Below, piece after piece: positions 1-64,000 of a stretch of 64,000 nt of DNA. The position numbers and the translations under genes were made by a program. The stretch lies in assembly GCA_012295275.1 (NCBI GenBank), contig CM022668.1:12400001-12464000 (forward strand). Direction: 5' to 3'. The notes beneath the pieces are model-generated. The model was not told the origin of the DNA. It was given only the letters and a program-made list of their open reading frames with translations, and ran no database searches. Position 1 is the stretch's first letter; every line of letters starts with the position of its first letter. Source of the DNA: Chrysomallon squamiferum. Taxonomy: Eukaryota > Animalia > Mollusca.

Positions 1-32
1 GTATTTAATTTTATTTTTTTTAAATATTTCAG

Positions 33-63968
<63,936 letters not shown>

Positions 63969-64000
63969 GTAAATATTTAAAAAATGTAAATTAGTAGCAT

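Overview
The window is AT-rich, microsatellite-laden eukaryotic genomic DNA. It looks invertebrate and is compatible with a mollusc or cephalopod, but the taxon cannot be determined from sequence alone. It lies entirely inside one + strand gene for a giant titin/twitchin-family muscle kinase, with no start or stop of the main isoform in the window. I traced 54 GT-AG exons by hand. The order is 35 consecutive FN3 domains with no Ig between them (each one symmetric phase 1-1 exon of 294-307 nt), then Ig-Ig-FN3, N-linker, a catalytically intact MLCK/twitchin-type kinase, regulatory tail, Ig, basic linker, Ig and a partial Ig. The FN3 array has a clear 3-domain period and a 6-domain higher-order super-repeat. 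The two very large introns each hide an extra exon. One is a phase-1 half-FN3 terminal exon with a stop (32119-32288), predicting a kinase-less FN3 rod. The other is an ATG-initiated acidic alternative first exon (58589-59277) whose phase-2 donor matches the next half-Ig exon, predicting a telokin/Cronos-like C-terminal isoform. Four exons carry small indels, mostly in short homopolymers, which are probably assembly errors. Most ORFs in the supplied track are microsatellite artefacts.
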